From assembly GCA_963674735.2 (NCBI GenBank), contig CAXXQS010000001.1:1472001-1536000 (forward strand): a DNA stretch of 64,000 bases, given 5' to 3'. The position numbers and the translations under genes were made by a program. Origin of the DNA: Myxococcota bacterium (GTDB lineage: Bacteria; Myxococcota_A; SURF-8). Under the pieces are notes generated by a model. That model was not told where the DNA came from, ran no database searches, and saw only the letters and a list, made by a program, of their open reading frames with translations. Below are positions 31,181-42,846 of the stretch, piece by piece (position 1 is the first letter of the stretch; each line of letters starts with the position of its first letter).

Positions 31181-32374
31181 TCAGTCTTCCAACGGCACGG
31201 AGGCATGAACCCGATCCAAATACTCGCCGAGTTTCTGTGCCAGAAAGACTACGACACTGACTTCCCCAGCGCTCCAACGGTTGGAGCCGACCTTGTTGAC
31301 CAGTTCGATCGCGCCGTAGGTTCGATCGTTGAACTGCACGGGAACACACAGAATAGACCGCGTGTCGAATCCTGTTTTTTCTGCGACCCGGCGATAGAAA
31401 TTGGGGTTCTTATCCACATCGGAGACGGCTAAAGCACACCCGGCTTCGACCGAAAAGCCCACAATCCCCTTGCCGCGCGGAATACGAATGCTCGTGAGTT
31501 GATCCGCCACTCGGCCGACCGCTGCGGCAAAATACAAATCGCTGAGCGCCGAATTGATATCGGACAAAATAACGGAACCCGCTTCAGCCTTGATGGTGCG
31601 CAGCGCAAGATCGAGGATAAATTGGAAACCCTCGGTGCCGTCCATGGTCATGAGATCCATGGTGTCCATAAATAGATCGGCCAGAACATCATCCACACTG
31701 AACGTATCGACAGCCTCGGGAGACTCTCCCATCTGGGCCGCCACTTCGGCGGGTTTCATGTCATGGCGGGTAATGCTTATTTCGCGACTGTTGCCTTCGG
31801 CCGCCACAGCCGCCTTGCTCCGTGCCTCTTTTGCGCGTTTTTCCTTTTCACGCAATTCTTTCTCGGCTGTTGCGCGCGCCATCGCCGCCCGAGCCGCCCG
31901 ATGGGCGGCATCATCGCGCTGTCTCTGCTTTTCGGCCTCCTGCTCGCGCTTCATCTCTTCGGCACGTTCTTTGCGCGCATTCTCGGTGGCTTCTTGTTCA
32001 CGACGACGGCTTTCCTCTAGCCGCTTCTGCGCCTCCTCGCGCTCCCGCGCTGCGACCTCGGCGGCATTGCGCAGAGCCTCGGATTCCGCTTCCTGCCGTT
32101 TTTGCTCGGCTTCGATCCGATCCGTATCCTGTTCTTGCGCACCCGCCTCGATTTCCTTGATGCGGAACATCCGTCGCGAGCCGGGGTCTTTCACAACCAC
32201 GGTACCATCGGGACGATTTTCACACATGATCGAAGCCAAGGAATCTCCCTGCTCCCCGATCTGTTTCATACCGGTGCGTAAGGCCAATAACCAACTGGCC
32301 GCTTCAACCTCGACCGTCATGCTCTGGGCGTCGGTACCGGGTTTCGCCGGTATGAACACTTCATAGCGTGGCAT
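31181..32374 (-). CDS. GAF-domain protein with a charged coiled coil
   Basis: C-terminal GAF (GKGIVG, TGFDTRSILCVPV, GAIELVNK); E/R/A-rich coil; ATG after GGAGG. Confidence 0.85.
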   Translation of the reverse strand: MPRYEVFIPAKPGTDAQSMTVEVEAASWLLALRTGMKQIGEQGDSLASIMCENRPDGTVVVKDPGSRRMFRIKEIEAGAQEQDTDRIEAEQKRQEAESEALRNAAEVAAREREEAQKRLEESRRREQEATENARKERAEEMKREQEAEKQRQRDDAAHRAARAAMARATAEKELREKEKRAKEARSKAAVAAEGNSREISITRHDMKPAEVAAQMGESPEAVDTFSVDDVLADLFMDTMDLMTMDGTEGFQFILDLALRTIKAEAGSVILSDINSALSDLYFAAAVGRVADQLTSIRIPRGKGIVGFSVEAGCALAVSDVDKNPNFYRRVAEKTGFDTRSILCVPVQFNDRTYGAIELVNKVGSNRWSAGEVSVVVFLAQKLGEYLDRVHASVPLED

Positions 32375-32620
32375 GGTGTCCCTCCAAGACGATGACATTG
32401 CGTGTTTCGACCCATTCTTGATCTACCATTTTTAGCAAAAATGGCGCGGAAAGTCAAAATAGAAACGGACTCCGCCCCCTTCCCGCATTCTTTGAACCAC
32501 CCGGAATATCCTCACTTTCCATGCGGTTAAACAGATTATGGCAAACCTGACACGCACGGTAATTGTCCTTGCGCGCCTCCTGGAGTATAATGCCTTTTCC
32601 CAAAGAAAGGAGCCGCCGAC

Positions 32621-33556
32621 GTGACATCCCACACCCAAAATTCCGATCGACCCGTGCAAAATCGAATGCCGACCCTGATTCTGTTTATTTTCGGCGTGGC
32701 GCTTTGTCTTATCGGTCTTTCGGGCGCATGGCGTACCGCCCCCGACTTCAACCAGCCCGCCGTCGTGCTCGACGCCGCCATCCCGATCACCGATACTATT
32801 TTTCCACCCGACACGGAGACAAACACTCCCGTCGCCGTAACCGGGGTTATGCAGGCCATAACCCCGATAGCCGATCCGGCCATGATGGCCAATTTTCACC
32901 ACCTCGCGCTCAAACGCAAAGTGGAATGCTACGCCTGGCACGAAACCGAACTCGATCCGTCCCAATGGCCCAGCCCGGATTGCGCGTTCAAAGATCGCTT
33001 CAAGCACGAATTGAAATGGACAACCAAGCCCGTTCCCTGGCGAGAATTGAAAGTCTGGCCCGGCCATGAATATCGCAAGCCAGCCGTGCAATCGGACAAT
33101 TTCCGCGTTCAAAACCCGGTCGTGGGTCGTTTCCTGATCCGGGGCATGCCCGATGCCGACCTCTATGGCTGGGAATCCATCAAAGGAAGGGGAGATCTTT
33201 GCACCGCCGATGCTTCTCATTGCGACGATCGCTACATTTACATTCGCTATCACGCCGGTTTCGATAATCAGCCCGGTGACTTACGCTTTTCTTACGAGGG
33301 CATTTCCATCGGGGATGATCGCGTGTTTACGGTTCTCGGCACACGCACAGAAAACGAAATAGTTCCCTTTATACGCCCGGACGGACTTCCCCTATTGATC
33401 ATCGCACCCGGCAATCTCGACGATATGCGCGCGTTTTTGCCGCCCCTGCCGTTTCCCTGGCGCAAGGTCTTTATCGGTGTGGGTGTACTTGGCTTGCTTA
33501 CAATGCTGTGTTCCCTGTTCGGTTTGCGCCGCAGAACGCCACCTCCTAAAAGATAG
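32621..33556 (+). CDS. TMEM43 (DUF1625)-like membrane protein
   Basis: N-terminal TM, VAVTG...DP...LKRKVECYAWHE, PGDLRFSY, TVLG, C-terminal TM. Confidence 0.65.
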   Translation: MTSHTQNSDRPVQNRMPTLILFIFGVALCLIGLSGAWRTAPDFNQPAVVLDAAIPITDTIFPPDTETNTPVAVTGVMQAITPIADPAMMANFHHLALKRKVECYAWHETELDPSQWPSPDCAFKDRFKHELKWTTKPVPWRELKVWPGHEYRKPAVQSDNFRVQNPVVGRFLIRGMPDADLYGWESIKGRGDLCTADASHCDDRYIYIRYHAGFDNQPGDLRFSYEGISIGDDRVFTVLGTRTENEIVPFIRPDGLPLLIIAPGNLDDMRAFLPPLPFPWRKVFIGVGVLGLLTMLCSLFGLRRRTPPPKR

Positions 33557-33617
33557 AGCTTATCTATCCGTTATTATTTGATTTTTTAATTCCGCCCAAG
33601 CACCTCGACAAAAATCC

Positions 33618-33671
33618 TTGACACTCAAACGACCGCTTGCTATAAGTTATGCCAGTTAACGTGCACTGGCA
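33618..33671 (+). promoter_or_regulatory. sigma70 promoter with an inverted-repeat operator just downstream
   Basis: TTGACA (33618)-17 bp-TATAAG (33641) with TGn; TGCCAGT-N8-ACTGGCA at 33650-33671. Confidence 0.7.
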
Positions 33672-33672
33672 A

Positions 33673-34071
33673 ATGAGCAGCAAAACGATGGAAAAAGATC
33701 AATCTATCTCCTATGCGATCGGTGAGTTGGCAGACCTGGCAGGGACCAGTTCACGTACGATCCGCTACTACGAAGAAATCGGCTTGCTCGACCCGCCCGC
33801 CAGACGCAGTAATCGTCGTTTCTACACGGACTCCGACCTTCGCCGCCTCAAGTTCATCCAGCGCCTCAAGTTGCTAGGCCTTTCTCTGGCCGAAATGCGA
33901 GAACTCAAAGAAATCTACGCGATCCACAAGTCCAACCGACACGTACTACTCCGAGTGAAGGAACTTCTCGACGATAATTTGAACAAGATCGATCGAAACC
34001 TTGACGACTTAAGAAAGCTGCGAGGAGAAATCAGCTCTTATCAGCAGCGTATCGATGACAAGTTAAAGTAG
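33673..34071 (+). CDS. MerR-family regulator (LiuR-like by context)
   Basis: YAIGELA...SRTIRYYEEIGLL...RFY; no Cys ligands; heads the acyl-CoA cluster; start may be 33688. Confidence 0.88.
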   Translation: MSSKTMEKDQSISYAIGELADLAGTSSRTIRYYEEIGLLDPPARRSNRRFYTDSDLRRLKFIQRLKLLGLSLAEMRELKEIYAIHKSNRHVLLRVKELLDDNLNKIDRNLDDLRKLRGEISSYQQRIDDKLK

Positions 34072-34101
34072 TACTCGAACATTAAAATCAAGGAGATTAC
34101 T

Positions 34102-35286
34102 ATGCGTAACGTCGTAATCGTCGCAGCCGCACGCACGCCGGTGGGCGTTTTTCTGGGTTCGCTGTCGGCCGTCAAAGCCGTCAAACTGGGCAGCATCGCC
34201 ATCAGCTCCGTCATCGAACGCGCCGGAATCAAACCGGAGCAAGTGGAGCAGGTCATCATGGGCAACGTGCTCATGGGTGGACTCGGCCAGGCTCCCGGAC
34301 GTCAGGCGGCGCTGGGTGCCGGGATCCCCGCATCCGTCCCCTGCCTCACCGTCAACAAGGTGTGTGGGTCGGGCCTGAAGACCGTTCAACTCGGCGCCAA
34401 CGAAATCATGCTCGGTAACGCCGACATCATCGTGGCGGGCGGCATGGAAAGCATGACCAACGCGCCCTTCGCCTTGCCGAAAGCCCGTACCGGTTATCGC
34501 ATGTCGATGCCTAAAGGCGACATCATCGATCTGATGGTGCACGACGGTCTGTGGGATCCTTACAACAATTCGCATATGGGCGGTTTCGCCGATCTGTGCG
34601 CCAAGGAAAAAGGCTTCGAACGCGAAGAACTCGATGCCTTCGCCGCGCGTTCATTCGAAAAAGCCATTGCCGCGCAGAAAAACGGCTGGTTCAAGGACGA
34701 AATCACCCCGGTCGAGATTCAAGGCCGCAAGGGCGAGGTGACGGTCGTCGATCAGGACGAAAACCCCGGCAAGGTGAAGTTCGACAAAATTCCCAAGCTC
34801 AAGCCGGTGTTCAACTCCGACGGCGTCACCACCGCCGCCAATGCCTCCTCGATCAACGACGGCGCAGCCGCGGTCGTGCTGATGTCGGAAGAAAAAGCCA
34901 AGGAACTGGGCCTGAAGCCCATGGCGCGCATCGTTTCCTACGGTGAAGCCGCCGAAGAACCGCAATGGTTCACCATCGCCCCCGCCGGAGCGATGAAAGT
35001 GGCTTTCGAACGTGCCGGGATGGACGTAAAGGACATCGACCTGTTCGAAATCAACGAAGCTTTCGCGGTGGTCACCAAGTACGCCATGCGCGAATTCGAC
35101 ATCCCCGAAGAAAAGGTGAACATCCACGGCGGCGCAGTGGCTCTGGGCCACCCCATCGGCGGATCGGGCTGCCGCTTGCTGGTGACGCTTCTGCATGCGA
35201 TGAAGAATAAACAGGCCAAAACCGGTTTGGTGACCCTGTGCATCGGCGGCGGTGAAGCCAACGCCATGATCATCGAAGCCCTGTAA
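34102..35286 (+). CDS. Acetyl-CoA C-acetyltransferase (thiolase)
   Basis: NKVCGSG, NEAF, GHPIG, LCIGGG: all catalytic motifs intact. Confidence 0.95.
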   Translation: MRNVVIVAAARTPVGVFLGSLSAVKAVKLGSIAISSVIERAGIKPEQVEQVIMGNVLMGGLGQAPGRQAALGAGIPASVPCLTVNKVCGSGLKTVQLGANEIMLGNADIIVAGGMESMTNAPFALPKARTGYRMSMPKGDIIDLMVHDGLWDPYNNSHMGGFADLCAKEKGFEREELDAFAARSFEKAIAAQKNGWFKDEITPVEIQGRKGEVTVVDQDENPGKVKFDKIPKLKPVFNSDGVTTAANASSINDGAAAVVLMSEEKAKELGLKPMARIVSYGEAAEEPQWFTIAPAGAMKVAFERAGMDVKDIDLFEINEAFAVVTKYAMREFDIPEEKVNIHGGAVALGHPIGGSGCRLLVTLLHAMKNKQAKTGLVTLCIGGGEANAMIIEAL

Positions 35287-35297
35287 AGGAGAAGAGC

Positions 35298-36143
35298 ATG
35301 ATTGAGACCATTGCCGTTATCGGCGCAGGCCAGATGGGTCGAGGGATCGTGCAAGTGGCCGCCACGGCGGGTTATAAAGTTCTGTTGCTCGACATCAATC
35401 AGAACTTGGTGGACGGCGGGATCGCGTTCATCGATAAAATGCTGGCACGTGCCGTCTCCAAAGGTAAGCTGGACGACGCAGCCAAAGCGACCATCATGGG
35501 ACGGATCGACGGCGTCACCGATTACGCCCGGCTCGAAAACGCCGACCTGGCCGTGGAAGCCGCCACCGAGAATCCCGAACTGAAGCGCAAAATCTTCACC
35601 CAGCTCGATGCCTCGCTCAAGCCCGGTGCGATTTTGGCCACCAATACATCGTCCATTTCCATCACCTGGATCGCCGCCGCCACCAAACGGCCCGATCAGG
35701 TGATCGGGATGCACTTCATGAACCCGGTTCCGGTGATGAAGCTCGTTGAAATCATTCGCGGTCTCGCCACCGACGACGCCACCTTCCAGGCCACGAAAGA
35801 GGCCTCGGAGAAGATGGGCAAAACCATCGCGGAAGCGGCCGACTATCCGGGCTTTGTGGTCAACCGCATCCTGATGCCGATGATCAACGAAGCTTTTTAT
35901 GCGCTGATGGAAGGCGTGGGAACGCCCGAAGCCATCGATACCGGCATGAAACTCGGCACCAACCAGCCCATGGGACCGCTCGAACTGGCGGACTTGGTCG
36001 GTCTGGACACCTGCCTGGCCATCATGACGGTGCTCAACGACGGCCTGGGCGACAGCAAGTACCGCCCTTGCCCGCTTCTGCGCAAATACGTGGACGCCGG
36101 GCGGCTGGGTCGCAAGACCGGCCAGGGCGTATACGCATACTGA
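35298..36143 (+). CDS. hbd: 3-hydroxybutyryl-CoA dehydrogenase
   Basis: GAGQMG, TNTSSISI, GMHFMNP, PMGPLELAD. Confidence 0.93.
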   Translation: MIETIAVIGAGQMGRGIVQVAATAGYKVLLLDINQNLVDGGIAFIDKMLARAVSKGKLDDAAKATIMGRIDGVTDYARLENADLAVEAATENPELKRKIFTQLDASLKPGAILATNTSSISITWIAAATKRPDQVIGMHFMNPVPVMKLVEIIRGLATDDATFQATKEASEKMGKTIAEAADYPGFVVNRILMPMINEAFYALMEGVGTPEAIDTGMKLGTNQPMGPLELADLVGLDTCLAIMTVLNDGLGDSKYRPCPLLRKYVDAGRLGRKTGQGVYAY

Positions 36144-36301
36144 CCATTTGAAAACGCGGCCCGATTGGCTGCTTGCAGAAATGACCGACTGATCGACTCT
36201 GTTATTCTGTTTTGATTGTGTTGACGCGCATCACATTTTGGACCTGTAACCGCGGTCGCCGTTTTTGGACGGCGCACCGCCCCTTTGCTCAGGAGGTGAC
36301 T

Positions 36302-37123
36302 GTGAGCTACCGGAATATCCTGTTCGAAAAACGTGACACCATCGCTATCCTTACCGTGAACCGCACCGCTGCCCTCAATGCTCTGAATCTCGACACGCTC
36401 ACCGAAATGCGTTCCGCCGTGGCCGACATCGCGAACGATTCCGCCATTCGCGTGCTGATCATCACCGGCGCGAAAGACCAGCCCGTCGAAGGCAAGCGTC
36501 CCAAACCGGCTGCATTCGTTGCCGGAGCCGACATCGTGCTGATGAGCAAGATGCCCGTGCAGGGCGGCGACGAAGCCAAAGGCTTTGTGGAAACCGGCCA
36601 AGAGCTGATGAACGACCTCGGCAAACTGTCGATTCCCGTCATCGCGGCGGTGGACGGCTTCGCATTAGGCGGCGGCACCGAGCTGGCCATTTCCTGCGAC
36701 ATCATCTACGCCAGCGACCGCTCGCAGTTCGGCCAGCCGGAAGTCAAGCTGGGGCTCATTCCCGGTTTCGGCGGCACCCAGCGTCTGGCGCGCCTGATCG
36801 GCAAAAACATGGCGAAAGAACTCATCTATACCGGCGACATCATCGACGCCGCACGCGCCAAGGAAATCGGATTGGTCAACAAAGTGACGACACCCGAAAC
36901 CTTGATGGACGAGGTGATGGGACTCGCCAAGCGCATCATCGCCTGCGCGCCCTTGGCCGTCGGCGCCAGCAAAAAAGCCATCGACGACGGTTTCAACAAG
37001 GAACTCGATGCAGGTAACCGAATCGAGCTCGAAAATTTCTACGCCAGCTTCAACACCCACGACCGGGTGGAGGGCACCAACGCGTTCGTTGAAAAACGGA
37101 AGCCCGAATTCAAGGGCAACTGA
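36302..37123 (+). CDS. crt: Enoyl-CoA hydratase (crotonase)
   Basis: [33 protein letters not shown]; GTG after AGGAGG. Confidence 0.9.
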   Translation: MSYRNILFEKRDTIAILTVNRTAALNALNLDTLTEMRSAVADIANDSAIRVLIITGAKDQPVEGKRPKPAAFVAGADIVLMSKMPVQGGDEAKGFVETGQELMNDLGKLSIPVIAAVDGFALGGGTELAISCDIIYASDRSQFGQPEVKLGLIPGFGGTQRLARLIGKNMAKELIYTGDIIDAARAKEIGLVNKVTTPETLMDEVMGLAKRIIACAPLAVGASKKAIDDGFNKELDAGNRIELENFYASFNTHDRVEGTNAFVEKRKPEFKGN

Positions 37124-37164
37124 TTACCAAGTACAAGCCGGATTCGCGACCTCAGGAGGACAGC

Positions 37165-38340
<1,176 letters not shown>

Positions 38341-38357
38341 CAGATGGAAAGGATGCC

Positions 38358-39503
38358 ATGCGATTCGAACTGACTGAGCAACAGCAGATGATCCGGGACA
38401 TGGTCCGCGACTACGCCCGGAACGAATTGGCTCCCAAAGCCCAGTGGCGCGACGAAAACGCCGTTTATCCGGTCGAGGAATACCGCGAAATGGCGCGATT
38501 GGGTCTCTTGGGGATGAACATCCCCGAATCGCATGGCGGCGCAGCCGTGGGAGTTTTACCCTACTCTCTGGCCGTGACGGAAATATCGAAAGCCGATGCC
38601 TCGGTGGCGGTGGGGATGGCGGTGACCAACATGGTGGCCGAAGCCGTCCTCACCTTCGCCCCCGAGCATCTCGCTAAAAAATATGTTCCGTTTATCACTT
38701 CCGGCGAGGCCATCGCCGGAGCCTTCGCTTTAACGGAACCCGCCAGCGGCAGCGACGCCGGGTCTTTACGCACCACTGCCGACCGCGACGGCGACTTCTG
38801 GGTGCTCAACGGCACCAAACAGTTCATCACCTCCGCCGATCACGCCGGGGTTTTCGTCGTCTGGGCGCGTACCGATCGCTCGCGCAAGGACGCCGGTGGC
38901 GTATCCGCCTTTCTGGTTCCCGCCGGAACGCCGGGACTTTTGCTCGGCAAAAAAGAGAAGAAAATGGGGCTGTGCGGGTCGTCTACCCTAGAAGTGGTGT
39001 TCGACCAATGCCGCATCCCGGCCGACCACCTCATGGGAGAACTGAATCGCGGTTTCCGGGTCGCCATGATGGCGCTCGACGGCGGACGTATCGGCGTGGC
39101 CTCCCAGGCGCTCGGCATCGGCTGGGCAGCGCTCGAAGCCGCCCGCGATTACGCTTTGGAACGCCGTCAATTCGGCCATCCCATCTCCGACTTCCAGGCC
39201 ATCCAGTGGAAATTGGCCGATATGGGAACCGAACTCGAAGCCGCGCGCCTGCTCACTTTGCGGGCGGCCACATTGAAAGACGCCAAAAGGCGTTTCACGC
39301 GCGAAGCCTCCATGGCCAAGTTATTCTCCACCGAAGCGGCCAACCGGGCCTGCGGTGAGGCCGTGCAGATTCACGGCGGCTATGGATACGTCAAGGATTA
39401 CCCGGTGGAACGCTATTACCGGGATTGTAAAGTCACCACTGTTTACGAAGGCAGCAGCGAAGTCCAACGCGTGGTCATCGCGCGGGAGATTCTGTCTGTC
39501 TAA
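38358..39503 (+). CDS. Acyl-CoA dehydrogenase
   Basis: [24 protein letters not shown]. Confidence 0.93.
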   Translation: MRFELTEQQQMIRDMVRDYARNELAPKAQWRDENAVYPVEEYREMARLGLLGMNIPESHGGAAVGVLPYSLAVTEISKADASVAVGMAVTNMVAEAVLTFAPEHLAKKYVPFITSGEAIAGAFALTEPASGSDAGSLRTTADRDGDFWVLNGTKQFITSADHAGVFVVWARTDRSRKDAGGVSAFLVPAGTPGLLLGKKEKKMGLCGSSTLEVVFDQCRIPADHLMGELNRGFRVAMMALDGGRIGVASQALGIGWAALEAARDYALERRQFGHPISDFQAIQWKLADMGTELEAARLLTLRAATLKDAKRRFTREASMAKLFSTEAANRACGEAVQIHGGYGYVKDYPVERYYRDCKVTTVYEGSSEVQRVVIAREILSV

Positions 39504-39526
39504 CACCAGGTTGTGAGGTTATCACG

Positions 39527-41215
39527 ATGAGCCGCTTATACAGCAAAGACGCCCTTCAGGCGATCATCGAGCAAAAAGAAAAATGGACCGTCGACGAACT
39601 GGCGGCGGTATTGAATAAACGTCCCGAGATTCGGGAACGCTTTACCACACTATCCGATGTTCCCGTGGAGCGCGTTTATTCTCCCGACGACGTGGCCGAT
39701 CTCGATTACGAACGTGATCTGGGCATGCCGGGCCAATATCCCTTCACACGCGGGATTCAACCCACCATGTACCGGGGGCGTTTGTGGACCATGCGCCAGT
39801 TCGCCGGTTTCGGCACCCCGGAAGATACCAACGCACGCTATCACTACCTGTTGAAGAACGGGCAGACCGGCTTGTCGGTAGCCTTCCACTACCCGACCTT
39901 GATGGGCTACGACTCCGATTCTCCGCGTAGTCGCGGTGAAGTGGGCAAATGCGGCGTGGCGATCGACACCTTGCGCGATATGGAAGTCCTATTCGACGGC
40001 ATCCCGCTCGACAAAATCACGACCTCCATGACCATCAACCCTCCGGCCTCCATTTTACTGGCCATGTATTTGGTCGTGGCTGAAAAACAGGGCGTTCCCT
40101 GGGATCGCGTGGGCGGCACCTGCCAGAACGACATTCTGAAAGAATACATCGCCCAGAAGTCCTGGATTTTCCCGCCCCACCCTTCCCTGCGATTGATCAC
40201 CGATATGATCGGTTTCGCGACGGAACACGTCCCGCGCTGGAACACGATCTCCATTTCGGGCTATCACATTCGCGAGGCGGGCAGCACCGCCGCACAGGAA
40301 TTGGCCTTCACCCTGGCCGACGGCATCGGGTACGTACAGGCCTGCGTGGATGCCGGGTTGGACGTAGACAGCTTCGCCGGACGTCTCTCTTACTTCTTCA
40401 ATTCACACAACGATTTCCTGGAGGAAGTCGCCAAGTTCCGCGCCGCCCGGCGTATGTGGGCGCGCATCATGCGGGAGCGCTTCAAGGCAAAGAACCCTCG
40501 TTCCTGGATGTGCCGTTTCCACACCCAAACCGCCGGTTGCAGCCTGACCGCCCAGCAACCGTACATCAATGTGGTCCGGACCACCGTCCAGGCCATGGCG
40601 GCCGTTTTAGGCGGCACCCAGTCGTTGCACACCAATTCCCTCGACGAAACCCTGGCGCTGCCCACCGAGCAGGCCGTGACCATCGCGCTGCGGACCCAGC
40701 AGATCATCGCCGAAGAATCGGGTCTCGCCAACACGATCGATCCCCTGGGTGGCAGCTACGCCGTCGAGGCCATGACCAACCGCATCGAGCAGGAAGCCTG
40801 GGATTACATCGGCAAAATCGACGAAATGGGCGGCATCATTCCCGCCATCGAGAACGGCTTCCCCCAAAAGGAAATCGCCGATGCCGCCTACAAATACCAA
40901 CGACAGCTTGAAACCGGCGACAAACATATGGTCGGCGTGACGAAATACGTCACCGAGGACGACCCGGGCATTCCGACGCTTTATATCGATGAGATGAAAG
41001 AAACAGAACAAGTCGCCAACCTGCAGAAGGTGAAAGCCGAACGCGATCCGGTCGCCGTGGCGCGTCATATCGAGATTTTGCGCAAGGCGGCCGAAAGCGG
41101 CGAGAACACCATGCCGCATATCATCAATGCCGTGCGCGATTATGTGTCGTTGCAGGAAATCTGCGACGCTTTCCGGTCCGTTTTCGGCGAGTACAAAGAC
41201 CCGGCCTATATTTAG
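39527..41215 (+). CDS. icmA: B12-dependent acyl-CoA mutase large subunit, isobutyryl-CoA mutase type
   Basis: YPFTRG; WTMRQFAGF (Phe) and KEYIAQK (Gln) at the two specificity positions; [12 protein letters not shown]. Confidence 0.8.
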   Translation: MSRLYSKDALQAIIEQKEKWTVDELAAVLNKRPEIRERFTTLSDVPVERVYSPDDVADLDYERDLGMPGQYPFTRGIQPTMYRGRLWTMRQFAGFGTPEDTNARYHYLLKNGQTGLSVAFHYPTLMGYDSDSPRSRGEVGKCGVAIDTLRDMEVLFDGIPLDKITTSMTINPPASILLAMYLVVAEKQGVPWDRVGGTCQNDILKEYIAQKSWIFPPHPSLRLITDMIGFATEHVPRWNTISISGYHIREAGSTAAQELAFTLADGIGYVQACVDAGLDVDSFAGRLSYFFNSHNDFLEEVAKFRAARRMWARIMRERFKAKNPRSWMCRFHTQTAGCSLTAQQPYINVVRTTVQAMAAVLGGTQSLHTNSLDETLALPTEQAVTIALRTQQIIAEESGLANTIDPLGGSYAVEAMTNRIEQEAWDYIGKIDEMGGIIPAIENGFPQKEIADAAYKYQRQLETGDKHMVGVTKYVTEDDPGIPTLYIDEMKETEQVANLQKVKAERDPVAVARHIEILRKAAESGENTMPHIINAVRDYVSLQEICDAFRSVFGEYKDPAYI

Positions 41216-41225
41216 GAGAACAACC

Positions 41226-41651
41226 ATGAGCAACACAGCCAAAATCCGCGTAATGGTCGCGAAACCGGGCCTGGACGGTCACGATCGCGGCGCAAAAGTG
41301 GTGGCGCGTGCGCTACGCGACGCCGGTTTCGAGGTGATCTACACCGGCCTGCATCAAACGCCCGAAATGATCGTCTCAGCAGCCGTACAGGAAGATGTGG
41401 ACTTCATCGGCCTGTCGGTCATGTCCGGCGCACACATGTACCTATTTCCGCGTCTGCTAGACCTTCTGAAAGAGAAGAATGCCAGCGATATCATCGTGTT
41501 CGGCGGCGGCATCGTCCCGGACGACGACAAGGAAAAGCTATACAAAGCCGGAGTGGCGGCGCTGTTCACTCCGGGCGCCCGTACACAAGATATCATCGAG
41601 TTTGTCCGGAATACGTTCCAAACCAAGGACAAAAATGTGTCGAATTCCTGA
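41226..41651 (+). CDS. icmB: Cobalamin-binding small subunit of an acyl-CoA mutase
   Basis: [12 protein letters not shown] (DxHxxG), GGG; ATG after AGGAG. Confidence 0.88.
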   Translation: MSNTAKIRVMVAKPGLDGHDRGAKVVARALRDAGFEVIYTGLHQTPEMIVSAAVQEDVDFIGLSVMSGAHMYLFPRLLDLLKEKNASDIIVFGGGIVPDDDKEKLYKAGVAALFTPGARTQDIIEFVRNTFQTKDKNVSNS

Positions 41652-41680
41652 TACTCAACGGCCACAAGAGGAGGGAATGC

Positions 41681-42829
41681 ATGAAACGAGTGGCGATTGT
41701 GGGAATGGGGCAAGCCGGTTTCTCCCCCACCACTCCCGGGGTTTCGTACCGGGAACTCGTCTTCGAAGCTGCCGTCAAAGCTTACGAAGAGGCAGGGGTT
41801 ACACCGGCGGACATCGGCGGATTTGTAACGGCGGCTGAAGACTTCTGGGAGGGTTACAGCATCGCCGACGAGTACTGCAACGACCAGCTGGGCGCGATTT
41901 TGAAATCGGTCCAGACGGTCCCCGGCGATTTCGTTCATGCGTTGGCCACCGGATTCATGATGATCCGCGCGGGCCTGTTCGACTTGGTGGCGATCGAGTC
42001 GCACAGCAAGATTTCGAATGTCAAAACGCAGGATGACATCAAGTCATTCGCCCTCGATCCGGTGCTCTTGCGTCCGCTCGGACAGAGTGTGCACATGATC
42101 GACGGCCTGGAAATGAACCGCTACCTGTATTCCAGCGGCAACACCCGCGAACAATGCGCACGCGTGGTGACCGAAGCACGTCGGGCGGCACTTGAGAACC
42201 CGCTCGCCTCCTATGGCGCCGCACTCGACATCGAAGACGTACTGATGTCCGATCCGGTCGCCTGGCCCGTCTGTCGCATGGATGTCGCCAACAACGCCGA
42301 TGGCTGCGTAGTGGCGGTCCTGGCGGCGGAGGATGCCGTCCCGCATCTGGCCGGTCAACCGATCTGGATCGATGGCCTGGCCTGGCATTCCGATTCACCG
42401 AATCTGGACACACGCGATCTCGACACCTGCCTGGCGACACGTTTATCGGCCGAGAAAGCTTACAAAATGGCTGGTGTAACGTCTCCGCTGGACAGTATCG
42501 ACCTGTTTGAAATCTCCGATTCCATCTCCTTCAAAGCGCTCAAGCACGCCGAAGCACTCAAGTTGTGTACGGAAGGTGCGGCGGGCGCTCTGTTTGATTC
42601 GGGTGAATTCGGTCCGCGCGGAGCCATTCCGATCAACCCATCCGGCGGCGAGCTGGGAGTGGGACATATGATCGAGGCCTCCGGCGGTCACAAGACCCTG
42701 GAAGTGGTGAATCAGTTGCGCGGGGTGGCAGGCAAGCACCAGATCAAAGACGCCGAATGCGGCCTCGTACAGATCTGGCGCGGGGCTCCATCAACCAGTT
42801 GCGCTGTGATGATTCTAAGAAACAGCTAA
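41681..42829 (+). CDS. Thiolase-superfamily protein lacking the catalytic Cys (Ltp4-like)
   Basis: Thiolase-fold motifs (VAIVGMG, ADG, INPSGG..GVGH) but QTVPGD at the usual Cys position. Confidence 0.8.
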   Translation: MKRVAIVGMGQAGFSPTTPGVSYRELVFEAAVKAYEEAGVTPADIGGFVTAAEDFWEGYSIADEYCNDQLGAILKSVQTVPGDFVHALATGFMMIRAGLFDLVAIESHSKISNVKTQDDIKSFALDPVLLRPLGQSVHMIDGLEMNRYLYSSGNTREQCARVVTEARRAALENPLASYGAALDIEDVLMSDPVAWPVCRMDVANNADGCVVAVLAAEDAVPHLAGQPIWIDGLAWHSDSPNLDTRDLDTCLATRLSAEKAYKMAGVTSPLDSIDLFEISDSISFKALKHAEALKLCTEGAAGALFDSGEFGPRGAIPINPSGGELGVGHMIEASGGHKTLEVVNQLRGVAGKHQIKDAECGLVQIWRGAPSTSCAVMILRNS

Positions 42830-42846
42830 GAAAGGAGAGACCGGGG

